DNA of 57,369 nt. Origin: Kiritimatiellia bacterium. Lineage in GTDB: Bacteria; Verrucomicrobiota; Kiritimatiellia; JAAZAB01. The notes beneath the pieces were generated by a model, which was not told the origin of the DNA, made no database searches, and was given only the letters and a program-made list of their open reading frames with translations. Each line of letters starts with the position of its first letter. The first letter of the stretch is position 1. Positions 46,998 to 57,369 of this stretch are shown here, one piece after another. The stretch lies in assembly GCA_040767085.1 (NCBI GenBank), contig JAXGPF010000018.1, forward strand, positions 1-57,369, written 5' to 3'. Made by a program: the position numbers and the translations under genes.

Positions 46998-48999
46998 TCC
47001 GGAAAAAATCCGCCTGCTGCCCGCCCCGAAAAGTTTTACTCTGCGGGAGGGTTGGCTGGACTGCCAGTCCGTTGCGGTCGCGGCCATGCCGGAAAAATTC
47101 CCGCAGGCCGCGCGGCTGGCGGATGAATTTTGCGCCGGTTTGCGGATTCACCCGGATCGGCGGCCCGCGCCGGATGGGGTGCTGGTTCTGGGGCGGGTCG
47201 CCGGGGCGCCCGCGTTGCCCGCCGGCCTGCCGGCGGCACCTGCCTGCCGCGCGGAGGCGTATGCGCTGCGCATTGAACCGGGCGGCCTCGCCATCGCGGC
47301 CGTCGCGGAACCCGGCCTGGCCCATGCCTTCCGCACTTTGATGCAACTGGCGGAAATCTGCGGCGGGCGTTTGCCCTGCGCGGAAATTGCGGATTATCCG
47401 GATATCGCCCTGCGCGGCTACCACCTGGATTGCAAGGGCGGCCTGCCGCCGCTGGCGGGCTTGTACGACTTTACCGACCGGCTGATCCGCTGGAAAATCA
47501 ACGCGCTGCTGCTGGAGTATGAAGACCGCTTCCCATTCCGCTTCGCGCCCGAAATCACGCTGCCCGGTTCGCCTGCGCTGGAGGAGTGGGATGCCTTCCT
47601 GCGGCATTGCCGGGCCGCGGGCATGACCGTCATCCCGCTGGTGCAGACGCACGGCCACTTGAATTACGTCCTGAAACACGACCGCTTTGCGGCGTTGCGC
47701 GAGGGCGAGGAAGTCAGCGAAATCTGCCCCTCGCATCCCGCGGCGGTGTCAATGGTCAAGACCATGCTGGACGAGGTGCTGGCCCTGCACGGGCCGGACC
47801 AATACTTCCACATCGGCGCGGATGAAACCTGGAGCCTGGCGTCCTGCCCGCGTTGCCGGGAGCGGCTGCAGCGCGGCGAAACCAAGCTGGATGTGTTTTG
47901 CGCCCAGGTGGAGGAGATGCACCGGCACCTGCAGGCGCGCGGCAAGCAGACGATGATGTGGTGTGACATGTTCTGGCGCAGCGATACGCCCGAGCAGGTC
48001 ACCCGGTTGCCGAAGGATATTATCCTGTGCGAGTGGATCTACACCCTGCCGACCGCGCGCGGCAGTCCGCGCATGGCCTGGAACGGCCGGCTGCGTTACA
48101 CCCGGCAGTACTGCGCCGACCATCCGGAAATGCCGGTGCTGGCGGAGCATTACCTTGAAAATGCCGGACCCAAGGCCGTGGAATTCGCGCGGGAATACCT
48201 CCAGCCGGATCCGGCGACCGGCATCGGCAAGCTGTCCGCCCACGCGGAATATTTCATGCGCCAGGGCTACCGCGTGCTGGGCGTAGGCGCCGCCCGCAGC
48301 GGGCAGTGCGATTGGATTTTCGGCCAGCCCAATATCATTGACCGGATCAACAACATCGCCAACTGGGCCGATTACGCCGCCGGCGCCGGATTGCAGGGGG
48401 TGGTCATTTCGTCCTGGTCGCGCAGCAGCGGCTCGCGTCCGCCCTACAGCCCCTGGCTGTCGGCGCTCGACGCCATGGCCGCCACCGCCCAGTACCTGTG
48501 GACGCCCGCCACCCGCTTCGAGGATTTTGCAGCCATTGCCGCCGGACACTTGTTCGGGGCGCCGGCGGCGGCTGCGGAAGTGGCCAAAATTTACCGGCAC
48601 ATGGGCGTCCATCCGCATTATGCCCGCAATTGCCTGGGTGAACTCGAGCCGCAAATCAGGCACGGCCGGGAACATTTTGCGATGTTGCAGCTCTGGTGCG
48701 AGTTCGATCTCTTCCGCGCGGAGATGGCCGACCAGGCCCTCGGCCTGGAAAAATCACTGTCGAGTTTGCACTACGATCGCCTGCCGCGGCGCGGCGAGCG
48801 GGTCAGCCTGGATGCCTATCTGGCGCGCATCCCGGGGCTGTTGGAACAATGCGCGCGCTGGCGGGAGAAACTGGCCGCCGCCCTGGCGCCGTATTACCGG
48901 CCGGAAGAATTGGACGAATACATTGATTCACGGCTGGACAACCTGGAATTCCGGCTGAACAATTTGCGCCGGACCCTGGATGGCGCCAGCGGGCAATAA
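46987..48999 (+). CDS. GH20 beta-N-acetylhexosaminidase (HexD/GcnA-like), no signal peptide
   Basis: LLPAPK, EAYAL.I, IADYPD..RGYHLD, PLVQTHGH, catalytic FHIGADE, MWCDM. AAGGAG RBS. Confidence 0.88.
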   Translation: MRANPEKIRLLPAPKSFTLREGWLDCQSVAVAAMPEKFPQAARLADEFCAGLRIHPDRRPAPDGVLVLGRVAGAPALPAGLPAAPACRAEAYALRIEPGGLAIAAVAEPGLAHAFRTLMQLAEICGGRLPCAEIADYPDIALRGYHLDCKGGLPPLAGLYDFTDRLIRWKINALLLEYEDRFPFRFAPEITLPGSPALEEWDAFLRHCRAAGMTVIPLVQTHGHLNYVLKHDRFAALREGEEVSEICPSHPAAVSMVKTMLDEVLALHGPDQYFHIGADETWSLASCPRCRERLQRGETKLDVFCAQVEEMHRHLQARGKQTMMWCDMFWRSDTPEQVTRLPKDIILCEWIYTLPTARGSPRMAWNGRLRYTRQYCADHPEMPVLAEHYLENAGPKAVEFAREYLQPDPATGIGKLSAHAEYFMRQGYRVLGVGAARSGQCDWIFGQPNIIDRINNIANWADYAAGAGLQGVVISSWSRSSGSRPPYSPWLSALDAMAATAQYLWTPATRFEDFAAIAAGHLFGAPAAAAEVAKIYRHMGVHPHYARNCLGELEPQIRHGREHFAMLQLWCEFDLFRAEMADQALGLEKSLSSLHYDRLPRRGERVSLDAYLARIPGLLEQCARWREKLAAALAPYYRPEELDEYIDSRLDNLEFRLNNLRRTLDGASGQ

Positions 49000-49042
49000 T
49001 CCGGGGCGTTGTTCGCACAGCCGGAGGGATGGAGATGCCGTC

Positions 49043-50029
49043 TTGAAAATCAGAAGTTTGCATGCCGGCGAGTTGGATACCTTGTACGATCTGCTTGCGG
49101 TTTCCTATTGCAAGGATGGCGCGGACCCGGCGGCGCTGCGCGCTTCCTTTCAGCAGGTTGTTGAATCCGATCCCGAATTCAGCCTGGACCTGAACCGGGT
49201 TTTGGAAGTGGATGGCCGGCTGGCCGCGCGCATCGGCATTTACGACCGCCGGATGTTTTTTAACGGCCAGCTGCTGCGTGTGGGCGCCATCGGCGGCGTC
49301 TGCACCGCGCCGGAATTCCGGGGGCGCGGATTTGCCCGGCAACTGCTGGAGGATTGCACCAATTACATGCGGGACCACGGCTTTGACGTGTCGCTGCTGT
49401 TCGGCGAGCCGGCCATCTACGGGAAAAGCGGCTGGCAGACCTTGAGCGCCTTCGGCATGTCCGCCAATTTCAAGCTGGCGGGCGCCGGCGACGTGGCCGT
49501 CCGGGACGGCGATCCCGCACGCGACGCCGCGGTTTTAGCGCGCATCCATCAGGCGACGAGCGCGCGGTTGAACGGTCCGTTTCAGCGGACGGAACAATAC
49601 TGGCGGACCTGGATTGCCCGGAAAATCAGCCGTAAAAAGCTGCACCGCTTGCGCATCGTCGGCGCCGGCGGCGATGCGCCGGCGGGATATTTTGTTCTGA
49701 AGGGTGCATCCGAGGTTTGCGAATTGGGGTGGGACCCGGAGCAGACCGGCGCCTTGGCGGCGGTGGCGCGGGCGATCTTCGCCGGGCAAACCGGCGCCGC
49801 CGTTAAATGCAGTTTTTTCCTGCCGGATTTGTTCGATTTCGTGTCGGCGCATTCCGCGCCGCCGGCGCTGGATGAAATGCGCCGGCAGCAATATTACCTT
49901 CAGAAGGAAGCCTTGTATTGCGGGCTATTCAAGCTGATTTCCGACAAGCTTGACGCGCGGACAACCGCGCAGTTGGTTGACCGGCTGCGTTCAGTGAATT
50001 ACGTGTTTTGGGATTTGGATCATTTTTAG
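49043..50029 (+). CDS. GNAT acetyltransferase, Eis-like tandem GNAT
   Basis: [18 protein letters not shown] (acetyl-CoA motif A), SLLFG...YGKSGW, RTEQYW. TTG start after GGAG is inferred. Confidence 0.85.
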   Translation: MKIRSLHAGELDTLYDLLAVSYCKDGADPAALRASFQQVVESDPEFSLDLNRVLEVDGRLAARIGIYDRRMFFNGQLLRVGAIGGVCTAPEFRGRGFARQLLEDCTNYMRDHGFDVSLLFGEPAIYGKSGWQTLSAFGMSANFKLAGAGDVAVRDGDPARDAAVLARIHQATSARLNGPFQRTEQYWRTWIARKISRKKLHRLRIVGAGGDAPAGYFVLKGASEVCELGWDPEQTGALAAVARAIFAGQTGAAVKCSFFLPDLFDFVSAHSAPPALDEMRRQQYYLQKEALYCGLFKLISDKLDARTTAQLVDRLRSVNYVFWDLDHF

Positions 50030-50036
50030 ACGAAAG

Positions 50037-53000
50037 ATGCATGGCATGAAAATCTTGGGGTTGCGGCAAAAATGTTGCGCGGGTTTGATTGCAGGAGTTT
50101 TTATGGGAGGCATCGTTTGCGGCGGCGCGGGGCTGGATCGGAAGATCGCCATTCAGATTGACAATCCGGCCGGCCTGGATCGGGATTGGCCGGTCACCTG
50201 CGGCGTGCCGTTCCCGCGCGGCATGATTGCCAGCACGGATGGCTTGCGGGTGGAGGATGCCCGGGGGCGGGCGGTGCCCTGCCAGTTCGAGATAACGGCC
50301 ACCTGGCTGGCCGACCAAAGCATCCGCTGGCTCTTGTTGAATTTTAACGCCAGCCCGGCGGGGGAATATTTCCTGGCGCCCGGCGTCCCGCCGGCCGCGG
50401 ACAAGGCGCGGCCGGGGATCACGGTCCAGGCCGCGGGGGGCCGGTTGGTGATTGACACCGGGGCGGCGCGTTTTGCCGTGCTGGACGGCGAAGCGCTGGT
50501 TGCGGAAACCGAAGTTTTAGGCGCGGTTCCGGTCAAAATCATGCATAATTCCGGCCGGGGCGCCTACGTGGTGGACCAGCAAGGGCGGCGGGCGCGCCTG
50601 GGCGGGCCGCTGAGCGAAATGCAATCGTCGTTCAAGGTCCGGGGGCCGCAATGGACGGTGCTGCGCCGGGAGGGCTGGTACGTCGCGGACGATGGCCAAC
50701 GCATCGCGCGCGGGATCGTCTGGCTGCACTTTTTCGGCGGCTCGCCGTTTGTCAAACTGGTCCATCGGCTGGTGCTGACGGAAGACACCAATCGGATTTG
50801 GTTCAAGGATATCGGGATCGAATTCCAGACGGCGTTCGCCGGCGATCAGGCGGTGTTCGATACGGCCGCCGCCGGCGGAACGCCGGCGGCCGTGCCGCTG
50901 CGCGCGGGGGAGGAAGCCTGGATGCTGCAGGACGATTATCCGCATTTCCTGTCAACTAATGCGCATTTTTCCCTGGCGCGGCGGTCCGGCGGGACCGAAC
51001 GGGAAATGCTTGCCGGGACGGTTTGCGGCAATTGGTGCGGGCTGGCCGGCGCCGCGGGCGGGTTGCACGTGACCTTGCGGGACTTTGCCCGGCAATTCCC
51101 CAAGGAATTTACGGTGACACCCGCCGGCATCGCCGTCCATCTCTGGGCCGGGCGCTGCGGCCGCGAGTTGGATTTCCGCGCGCCGACCCTGGTGAAAGAA
51201 TATTGGGGCGAGTGGTGCAAAAACGCGGCGATTACTCCGGAACAAATTTCGGCCATCCACAGCGATGCCGCGGCTTCCGCCAAAACCCATACCTTGTGGT
51301 TGCTGCCTTTTGCCGGCGCAACGGACGCCGCCGCCCGGGCGCAATCTGCCGCAACGGCCGCCCGGCGGGTCCTGGCGGTTCCCGACCCGCAATGGACTTG
51401 CGGCGCCGGCGTTTTAGGCGCGCCGATGCTGCCCAAAGATGCCCGGCGTTTCCCGCGCGAAGAGGCCTATATCTCCGACTTTTTCGACCGCATCATCTAC
51501 GGCGAGGTTGTTTTCCCCCAAACCGGTTATATCGCCTACGGCCGCTGCCCGAATGTCACGGGCCCGGGCTGGTTCCGGTGCAACGGGCTGATTGATTACC
51601 ACTTGCGGCGCAATGTCTGGAGCCTCTACGCGCGCAGCGGCGAGCGCAAGTATTTCGAATACGGCGAGCGGTTCAACCGGTTTGCCGGCGACATGGTCAT
51701 GCATCATTGGGATACGGCCGGGCAGGCGGGGCTCTCGGACGCTTCGCAATGGCCGGAATTCAAGGCGGTAACGCGCAAGGTGAAAGGCGGCTTTGCCTCG
51801 TCGGTGATTTCCCGCGATGTTGACCTGCAAGGGCGGCCGTTTGACGATCTGCCGTTTTATTGGGGATGGGGCAGCGGCAAGGTCTCGGGCGGTTCGGGCG
51901 TGGATATGGTTAATCACCTGTACCATTTTTATTTTTCCGGCGACTGGGAGACGCTGGAACTGGCCGAGATGCACGCGGCGGCCTTGAAAAAATACGACTT
52001 CCTCCAGACGCCGGCGCCGCATCGCGGCGTCGTCGAATTGCGTTATATCACCGCCCTGTATTCGATGGACTGGGACCCGGCCCTGGGTGAAATGGCGCGG
52101 TCGCTGGCGCATCAGTTCGTCGACCTGGACAGCCCCTGCGGGATTTACGAGGAGATGTCGCCGTCGCCCCTGTATAAAACCGGGCGCAACCTGGTGACGC
52201 TGTACGACTATTACCGCCTGACCGGCGATGAGTTGGCCAAAAAGGGCATGGAGCAAATCATCGAGTATAAATTCCGGTTCCTGCAGCAGTCGCCGCCGTT
52301 TGAATACCAGAGCACGGTCGGGTGGGAAAACGTGGTCGCATATTGGTTAACCGGCGATGAGAAATACCTGAAGATCGCCTTTTTATCCAACCGCATGGCC
52401 ATGCGCGATTTCCAGTCCACCCTGGCGGAAGACTTGGCCTTGCCGCCCGCGGCCCGCGCGAATAAAATGATCCGGTATGCCTCGCATTTCAATTACCATG
52501 CCTGTTTGAGCACGCCGGTGATCTTGAAGGCGCTGGCGGAGACGGCGGCGCCCACCTCGGCGCCATTCCCCGTCTTGCGCAAATATCACGACGCGCCGAC
52601 GAACGCCTGGGTGGTTGTGCGCAAGGAACCCAACCGGGCGGTGCGGATCGAAGGCGTGTTCCAGGTTGCCCAGTCCGATGAACTGAAGTTGAACGTCCTG
52701 GGTCCGGATTTGCAGCCTGCGCCTTTTAACTTGCCGGCCAGCCAGCAGGGCATACCCGACCCGTTTGCCTATGGATTGAAAACCTTTTACGCCCGGATCG
52801 AGCTGCCCGCCGGGTTGCCGGCGGGGGATTACCGCCTGGGGCTGGACAATCCCGGCGGGCCGGCCGGCTATGCCATCAGCCACACCGATGCCGCGCAGGT
52901 CGTAATGGAATGCCCGGACGGATTCTGGCTCGGCAAGGCCGGCCTGGAAGCGCCGGGCGCCTTTTATTTTGCGGTGGACGCGTCCCTGGCGGAGGTCAAA

Positions 53001-54077
53001 CTTTTTGCCGGCAGCCCGGTGCGGATTACCGACGCCGGCGGCCAGCCGGTGGCGGACCAAACCGGGAAAACCTGCGGCGAATTGAATTTGCCCGCCGCCG
53101 GCCGCCACCCCGGGCCCTGGAAAATCGAGGCCGACTTCCCCGTGCTGGTCAAGTTCATCAATCTCCCGCCGTATGTCGCCTATCTTACCCCGGCGGCTTT
53201 GTTTGCTCCGGCAAAAGCCATGCCGGCCTCCGCCGTGCCGGCTGCCATTCCGGCGGTGAATGCGGTTGCGGAACCGCCCTTCGCGCCCGGCCGGTTCGGA
53301 CAGGGACTGGCGCTTTCCGGGCGCGTGGACTACGCCTTTCCGCGCGGTGCCGGCAGCCTGGATGCCGGTTACGAAAATTTCCCCGGCCGCGCCGGCACCA
53401 TCGAATTCTTTTACCGCCCGGATTGGGATGCCTTGGAGTTGATTGTCCCCCAAAGCCGGCGGTACAGTCATTTGATTCTGGATGCCGGCGATTTGAGCGC
53501 GGTTTACATGTACGGCCAGGCGCCTTACGAGGATTATCCCCAGAATGCCCTGGTATTCTACTGCGGCAAAACCGTGAAATTCGAGAAAAGCCCCGGCCGC
53601 TACAAGCATTTCGGCAACCAGGCGCGCATCTATCCCCGCCGGCATCAATGGCTCCACATCGCCCTGGCCTGGGATGTCTCCATCACCGCGCCGGAAAATC
53701 TCGCGACAAAATACAAGCGCGAAAATTACCAGCGCGGGGCGTCCTCCGAGACTTTCTGGGTCTATGTCAACGGCAAACAACACCAGCGCGCGCAGCTTAA
53801 CCAGGGTTGGCCGATTTATCTGCACCTGGGCAAGGAGTTTGCGCTGGATTATGACCTGACCCAAGTTGCGGAACAAATCAAGTTGTGCGGCGCCGCCCAG
53901 GGGGTGATCGACGAGTTGCGGATCTCGGACGGTTTGCGTTACACGGGAGATTTTACGCCGCCGTCCGCCCCGCTTGCGCCGGACCGGAATACCCGGGCGC
54001 TGTTTCATTTCGACGGCGCGCTCGCCGGCGGCAACGGCCTCAATCAACCCATCCAACTGGAACGCTGCAACCAATGA
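50037..54077 (+). CDS. Secreted PcRGLX/YetA(RIFT)-like + (alpha/alpha) barrel + LamG protein (intact paralog, 1346 aa)
   Basis: Signal peptide; [22 protein letters not shown]...TATW.DQSIRWL; C-terminal [34 protein letters not shown]...L.HFD. Confidence 0.8.
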   Translation: MHGMKILGLRQKCCAGLIAGVFMGGIVCGGAGLDRKIAIQIDNPAGLDRDWPVTCGVPFPRGMIASTDGLRVEDARGRAVPCQFEITATWLADQSIRWLLLNFNASPAGEYFLAPGVPPAADKARPGITVQAAGGRLVIDTGAARFAVLDGEALVAETEVLGAVPVKIMHNSGRGAYVVDQQGRRARLGGPLSEMQSSFKVRGPQWTVLRREGWYVADDGQRIARGIVWLHFFGGSPFVKLVHRLVLTEDTNRIWFKDIGIEFQTAFAGDQAVFDTAAAGGTPAAVPLRAGEEAWMLQDDYPHFLSTNAHFSLARRSGGTEREMLAGTVCGNWCGLAGAAGGLHVTLRDFARQFPKEFTVTPAGIAVHLWAGRCGRELDFRAPTLVKEYWGEWCKNAAITPEQISAIHSDAAASAKTHTLWLLPFAGATDAAARAQSAATAARRVLAVPDPQWTCGAGVLGAPMLPKDARRFPREEAYISDFFDRIIYGEVVFPQTGYIAYGRCPNVTGPGWFRCNGLIDYHLRRNVWSLYARSGERKYFEYGERFNRFAGDMVMHHWDTAGQAGLSDASQWPEFKAVTRKVKGGFASSVISRDVDLQGRPFDDLPFYWGWGSGKVSGGSGVDMVNHLYHFYFSGDWETLELAEMHAAALKKYDFLQTPAPHRGVVELRYITALYSMDWDPALGEMARSLAHQFVDLDSPCGIYEEMSPSPLYKTGRNLVTLYDYYRLTGDELAKKGMEQIIEYKFRFLQQSPPFEYQSTVGWENVVAYWLTGDEKYLKIAFLSNRMAMRDFQSTLAEDLALPPAARANKMIRYASHFNYHACLSTPVILKALAETAAPTSAPFPVLRKYHDAPTNAWVVVRKEPNRAVRIEGVFQVAQSDELKLNVLGPDLQPAPFNLPASQQGIPDPFAYGLKTFYARIELPAGLPAGDYRLGLDNPGGPAGYAISHTDAAQVVMECPDGFWLGKAGLEAPGAFYFAVDASLAEVKLFAGSPVRITDAGGQPVADQTGKTCGELNLPAAGRHPGPWKIEADFPVLVKFINLPPYVAYLTPAALFAPAKAMPASAVPAAIPAVNAVAEPPFAPGRFGQGLALSGRVDYAFPRGAGSLDAGYENFPGRAGTIEFFYRPDWDALELIVPQSRRYSHLILDAGDLSAVYMYGQAPYEDYPQNALVFYCGKTVKFEKSPGRYKHFGNQARIYPRRHQWLHIALAWDVSITAPENLATKYKRENYQRGASSETFWVYVNGKQHQRAQLNQGWPIYLHLGKEFALDYDLTQVAEQIKLCGAAQGVIDELRISDGLRYTGDFTPPSAPLAPDRNTRALFHFDGALAGGNGLNQPIQLERCNQ

Positions 54078-55501
54078 AACTTATCGTATCGTTTGCCACG
54101 GAGGAATTCGTCACTCCGGAACATGACGATGTTATTATACGGCTGGCCGCCATCCTGCGCCGGCGCGGGATTACCGGCAGTTTCCACCTGACCGGCGATT
54201 ACGCCCGGAAACTGCGCGCACGCCGGCGCGCGGACGTGATCGCCGCCCTGCGCGAGCATGAAATCGGATACCACGGCAATACCCACGGCGCGCTGCCGTT
54301 CCTTGCCGGCATCTGCGAGGAACGTTCCTGGGACGATGCCGTGGCCGCGCTGATGGCCGCCGAGGCGCGGGGGAGCATGGACCTCGCCGACATTTTCGGC
54401 CGGAAACCCGCGTATTACGTGCTGGAATTCGTCAAGGCGCCGCAACTGATTTACGCCCTCAAGGGGTTGGGCATTGATCTGGTCGGATTTTCCGGCGTGC
54501 CGGCGGGCGAAAATGCGCCTTTTTCCTGGTACTGCGGCTCGTTGTGTTTCAGTGCGCCGCACATGGGGTTGGAAACGCCATGGGCGCCGGGCCGCCTGCA
54601 AGCTTTCCGGGAAGAATTCGACCAGCTCTACGCCCAGGCTGCCGCCGGCGCTTGCGATGGCGTGGTCAAGCTTTTTAACCATCCCTATAAGTTCTTGTAC
54701 AACAACAATATCGAATCGTGGACCTCCGTCAATCAGCTTTACCGGCGCCGCGATATCCATGCCCCCTGGCAAATACCGCGGGCCGGCATGTATGACCGAG
54801 CAATTACGGGAAAATTGTTCGCCGATTTCGAGCAATTCCTGGATTATGCGCGGGCCAAGCCGGATGTGGAATTTTTGAGCACATCCGGCATGATGGGACA
54901 ATACCGGCGGACGCCCCCCCAATTCGTCAGTATCCAAGACGTCGCCGCGCTGGCATCCGCCGCCGCCGGCGATCTGACATATCATCCGGCCGGCGGAGTT
55001 TATTATTCGCCGGCGGAAATTTTCGGGCTGCTGGCGTATGTGCTGGATGATTACGCGGCGCGCCAAACCCTGCCGGCAGAGGCGCCATACCGCGATTTAC
55101 TGGGGCCGGCGGAAGACCCGGCGCCGGCCGGTCCGGCTGCATTTTCCGCCGCCCGGCTCCTGGAGGCGGCGCGGCGCGTCAACCGCGAACTGGATTATTA
55201 CCGGCGTTTGCCGGCGGCGGTTGACCTGTGCGGTGCGGCGCTGCCGCCCGGGGGATTCATCCAGGCGGGCGCCGCCTGGTTGGCAGCGGCGCGGCAAGGC
55301 CGGGCCGCGCCGGATTGGTCCGGCCGCGCGGGCGCCGCCGTTCCGCTTTTGCCGCGCATGGCCGCGCATCCTTACTTTGCGGAGGAAACTTTTGCCAAGC
55401 GTTCCTATCCGGAAGGATTTGCCGGCCGCGCGGTATGCGCCGCCTGCCGCCGCCAGAGTTGGACTTACAAACCGGCGGTCCGTATCACCAGCGGTCAATG
55501 A
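54074..55501 (+). CDS. Polysaccharide deacetylase (NodB/CE4-like fold) protein
   Basis: SFATEE (motif-1-like), [20 protein letters not shown] (metal HxxxH), FNHP; ATGA coupling to the upstream gene. Confidence 0.75.
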   Translation: MKLIVSFATEEFVTPEHDDVIIRLAAILRRRGITGSFHLTGDYARKLRARRRADVIAALREHEIGYHGNTHGALPFLAGICEERSWDDAVAALMAAEARGSMDLADIFGRKPAYYVLEFVKAPQLIYALKGLGIDLVGFSGVPAGENAPFSWYCGSLCFSAPHMGLETPWAPGRLQAFREEFDQLYAQAAAGACDGVVKLFNHPYKFLYNNNIESWTSVNQLYRRRDIHAPWQIPRAGMYDRAITGKLFADFEQFLDYARAKPDVEFLSTSGMMGQYRRTPPQFVSIQDVAALASAAAGDLTYHPAGGVYYSPAEIFGLLAYVLDDYAARQTLPAEAPYRDLLGPAEDPAPAGPAAFSAARLLEAARRVNRELDYYRRLPAAVDLCGAALPPGGFIQAGAAWLAAARQGRAAPDWSGRAGAAVPLLPRMAAHPYFAEETFAKRSYPEGFAGRAVCAACRRQSWTYKPAVRITSGQ

Positions 55502-55544
55502 TCAACGCGGGCCATGCCCGCATCAACACAGGAGGAAAATCAAA

Positions 55545-57068
55545 ATGAGAACTCGTCGAATTGGATGTCTGGGCGCGCTGTTATTGGCGGGCGCAGCAAG
55601 CTGGGCGGCAACGATTCACGTGGTGGAGCCGGGTACCGCAGGCGTCGTTCCAGGCGCGCCCTATGATACCTGGACCAATGCCGCCACCAGTATTGCCGCG
55701 GCGGTGATTTATGCCAGCAGCGGCGGCGGCGACACGGTGCTGGTTTCCAATGGCACCTACAAGACAACCGCGACCATCAGCATTGGCAAACCGGTGACGG
55801 TGCGCAGCCTGGCCGGCGCCGCGGCGACCATTGTGGATGCCCAGTATCCCGCCTATTCGAACCGGGTGTTTGAAATTTATCATCCGGACGCGGTCCTGGA
55901 CGGCTTTACGGTGACTGGCGGGCGGACCACCAGCGATGGCGGCGGCGTGAATATTACCGTCGCCGGGGGCACCGTCCAGAATTGCAGTATTGTTTCCAAC
56001 CGGGCAGGCGGCGGCGGCGGTCTGCAATTGTATGGCGGGGGCGGCAAGGCTTCCGTGATCAACTGCTTGATTGGCTACAATAACGCCGGCACCGGCGGCG
56101 GCATCCGGATCCGGGGGAGCAATTGTTTTATCATTGGTTCGACGGTGCTGGCCAATAACGCCTCGGGTGGCATCGGCGGCATCTGGGATGTGGGCGGCGT
56201 CATGGTGTCCAATACTTATATCGTCAGCAACTATTCCTCCAGCTACGCTGGCGGAATATACGGCGGGCGGATCTATGACAGTTGGATTATCGGTAACGTC
56301 GCCGATTCCAGTTATGCCGGCGGCGCCGCGCCGGGTAACATGGAGCGCTGCGTGGTTTCCGGCAATGTCGCGCGGACCACCGGCGGCGGTTTGTATTTGA
56401 GCGGCACCCACCCCGTTTTCAATTGCGACATCTCGGATAACACCGCATCCGACGGCGGCGGGGTGTATTTTTCCTATGGCGGCGCGGTATACGACTCAAC
56501 GCTGCGCAATAACACCGCCACCAACCGCGGCGGCGCGGCGTTTTGCATCGTGGGCGGCCGGTTGCAGAATTGCCTGATTGCCGGCAATGTTGCCACCAAT
56601 AACGGCGGCGGTTTTTATCTGGACCGGAACGGCAATAACTATACCGGGGCGGTGGAGTCCTGCACCCTGGCCGGCAATGCCGCCAACACCGGCGGCGGAA
56701 TCTTTATCGGCGGCACCAATGTCTGGGTGACCAATACCATCGTTTACGGCAACACCGCCTGGTCATCCGGCCCGGATATCTATGCCGTGGGCGCGCAGAC
56801 CAACGCCTTCGGGTATTGTTGCGCCGATTTCGCGAATTTTGCGCCCGGCCGCATGAACCTGACGGACGATCCGCTGTTCACCAGCGCGGCGGCCGGCGAT
56901 TTCCGGCTGGCGGCCGGCTCGCCCTGCATCAACGCCGGCACGAATCAGCCCTGGATGCCTGGCGCTTTGGATTTAGGGGGGCGGCGGCGCCTGGACTGGG
57001 GCGGCGGCGCGGTGGATCTGGGATGTTACGAGGTCGTGCCCCCGGGCATGATGATCCGTCTGCGGTAA
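55545..57068 (+). CDS. Secreted beta-helix protein with choice-of-anchor Q-like C-terminus (paralog 2)
   Basis: CAGGAGG RBS; signal peptide; GGG repeats; DPLF...DFRL..SPCINAG...VDLGCYE..PPGMMIRLR. Confidence 0.87.
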   Translation: MRTRRIGCLGALLLAGAASWAATIHVVEPGTAGVVPGAPYDTWTNAATSIAAAVIYASSGGGDTVLVSNGTYKTTATISIGKPVTVRSLAGAAATIVDAQYPAYSNRVFEIYHPDAVLDGFTVTGGRTTSDGGGVNITVAGGTVQNCSIVSNRAGGGGGLQLYGGGGKASVINCLIGYNNAGTGGGIRIRGSNCFIIGSTVLANNASGGIGGIWDVGGVMVSNTYIVSNYSSSYAGGIYGGRIYDSWIIGNVADSSYAGGAAPGNMERCVVSGNVARTTGGGLYLSGTHPVFNCDISDNTASDGGGVYFSYGGAVYDSTLRNNTATNRGGAAFCIVGGRLQNCLIAGNVATNNGGGFYLDRNGNNYTGAVESCTLAGNAANTGGGIFIGGTNVWVTNTIVYGNTAWSSGPDIYAVGAQTNAFGYCCADFANFAPGRMNLTDDPLFTSAAAGDFRLAAGSPCINAGTNQPWMPGALDLGGRRRLDWGGGAVDLGCYEVVPPGMMIRLR

Positions 57069-57090
57069 ACCAACACAGGAGGCAAGCAAC

Positions 57091-57369
57091 ATGCGAAATC
57101 ATCGGATCGAATCCCTGGGCGCGTTATTGTTGGCAGGTGCGGCCGGGTGGGCGGCGACGATTCACGTGGTCGAGCCGGGAACGCCGGGAGTGGTTTCCCT
57201 CCCACCGTATGACAGTTGGACCAATGCCGCCACCAATATTGCCACAGCGGTCGGCTATGCCGAGGATTCCGATACCGTGCTCGTTTCCAATGGCCTTTAC
57301 CTGACGACTTCCCAGATAACGGTCGATAAAGCTATCACCCTGCGGGCGTTGAACGACCCGGAAGCGACG
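57091..57369 (+). CDS. Secreted beta-helix protein (paralog 3), truncated by the window end; absent from the ORF track
   Basis: Translates MRNHRIESLGALLLAGAAGWAATIHVVEPGTPGVVSLPPYDSWTNAATNIATAVGYAEDSDTVLVSNGLYLTTSQITVDKAITL..., collinear with the 36371 protein; the 24 nt upstream are identical. Confidence 0.9.
   Translation, partial: MRNHRIESLGALLLAGAAGWAATIHVVEPGTPGVVSLPPYDSWTNAATNIATAVGYAEDSDTVLVSNGLYLTTSQITVDKAITLRALNDPEAT

Noticed and set aside
3091-54074. Many long antisense ORFs (e.g. 3091-5031, 12591-13997, 15971-17800, 19039-20292, 21572-24040, 52383-54074)
   Set aside because: They mirror well-supported sense genes and lack motifs or RBS; they are expected shadows of GC-rich codon usage.
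36347-57369. Near-identical beta-helix gene starts as a DGR template/variable repeat pair
   Set aside because: Differences are not adenine-specific, both copies are coding N-termini, and no reverse transcriptase is present in the window.

Overview
GC-rich bacterial chromosomal window. The lineage is most plausibly PVC superphylum (Kiritimatiellae/Lentisphaerae-like); this is inferred from gene order and protein styles, not proven. Left part (0-11.6 kb): an orphan hisF with a divergent nagA-like amidohydrolase, a 1294-aa surface protein with its own promoter and terminator (Ig/BACON-like, FN3 and FG-GAP-like repeats), then ssb-trpS-scpA-scpB-pheA and a beta-barrel protein. 11.6-24.1 kb: an AraC-associated catabolic operon (DegT aminotransferase, Hyi-like isomerase, two alpha/beta hydrolases, a double amidohydrolase, a sulfatase and an (alpha/alpha)6 glycosidase-like protein). 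It carries a 233-bp MITE (13-bp TIR, 5-bp TSD) and a complete ISL3 element (8-bp TSD) that splits the sulfatase. 24.1-26.7 kb: dCMP deaminase, tatC, a small basic protein and an outer-membrane protein. 26.8-57.4 kb: a large glycan-processing locus with no SusC/SusD or ABC transporter in the window, built from two parallel modules. Each module has a ~1340-aa PcRGLX/RIFT-like + LamG protein (one copy is frameshifted at a G9 tract), a GH20-related protein, a deacylase and beta-helix 'choice-of-anchor Q'-like proteins. The beta-helix genes share a conserved RBS/N-terminal cassette and a short C-terminal P-x-(G/T)-M-(M/I)...-R tail that may be an undescribed sorting signal. No rRNA, tRNA or CRISPR array was seen. 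All family assignments come from motif recognition by eye; no database searches were run.
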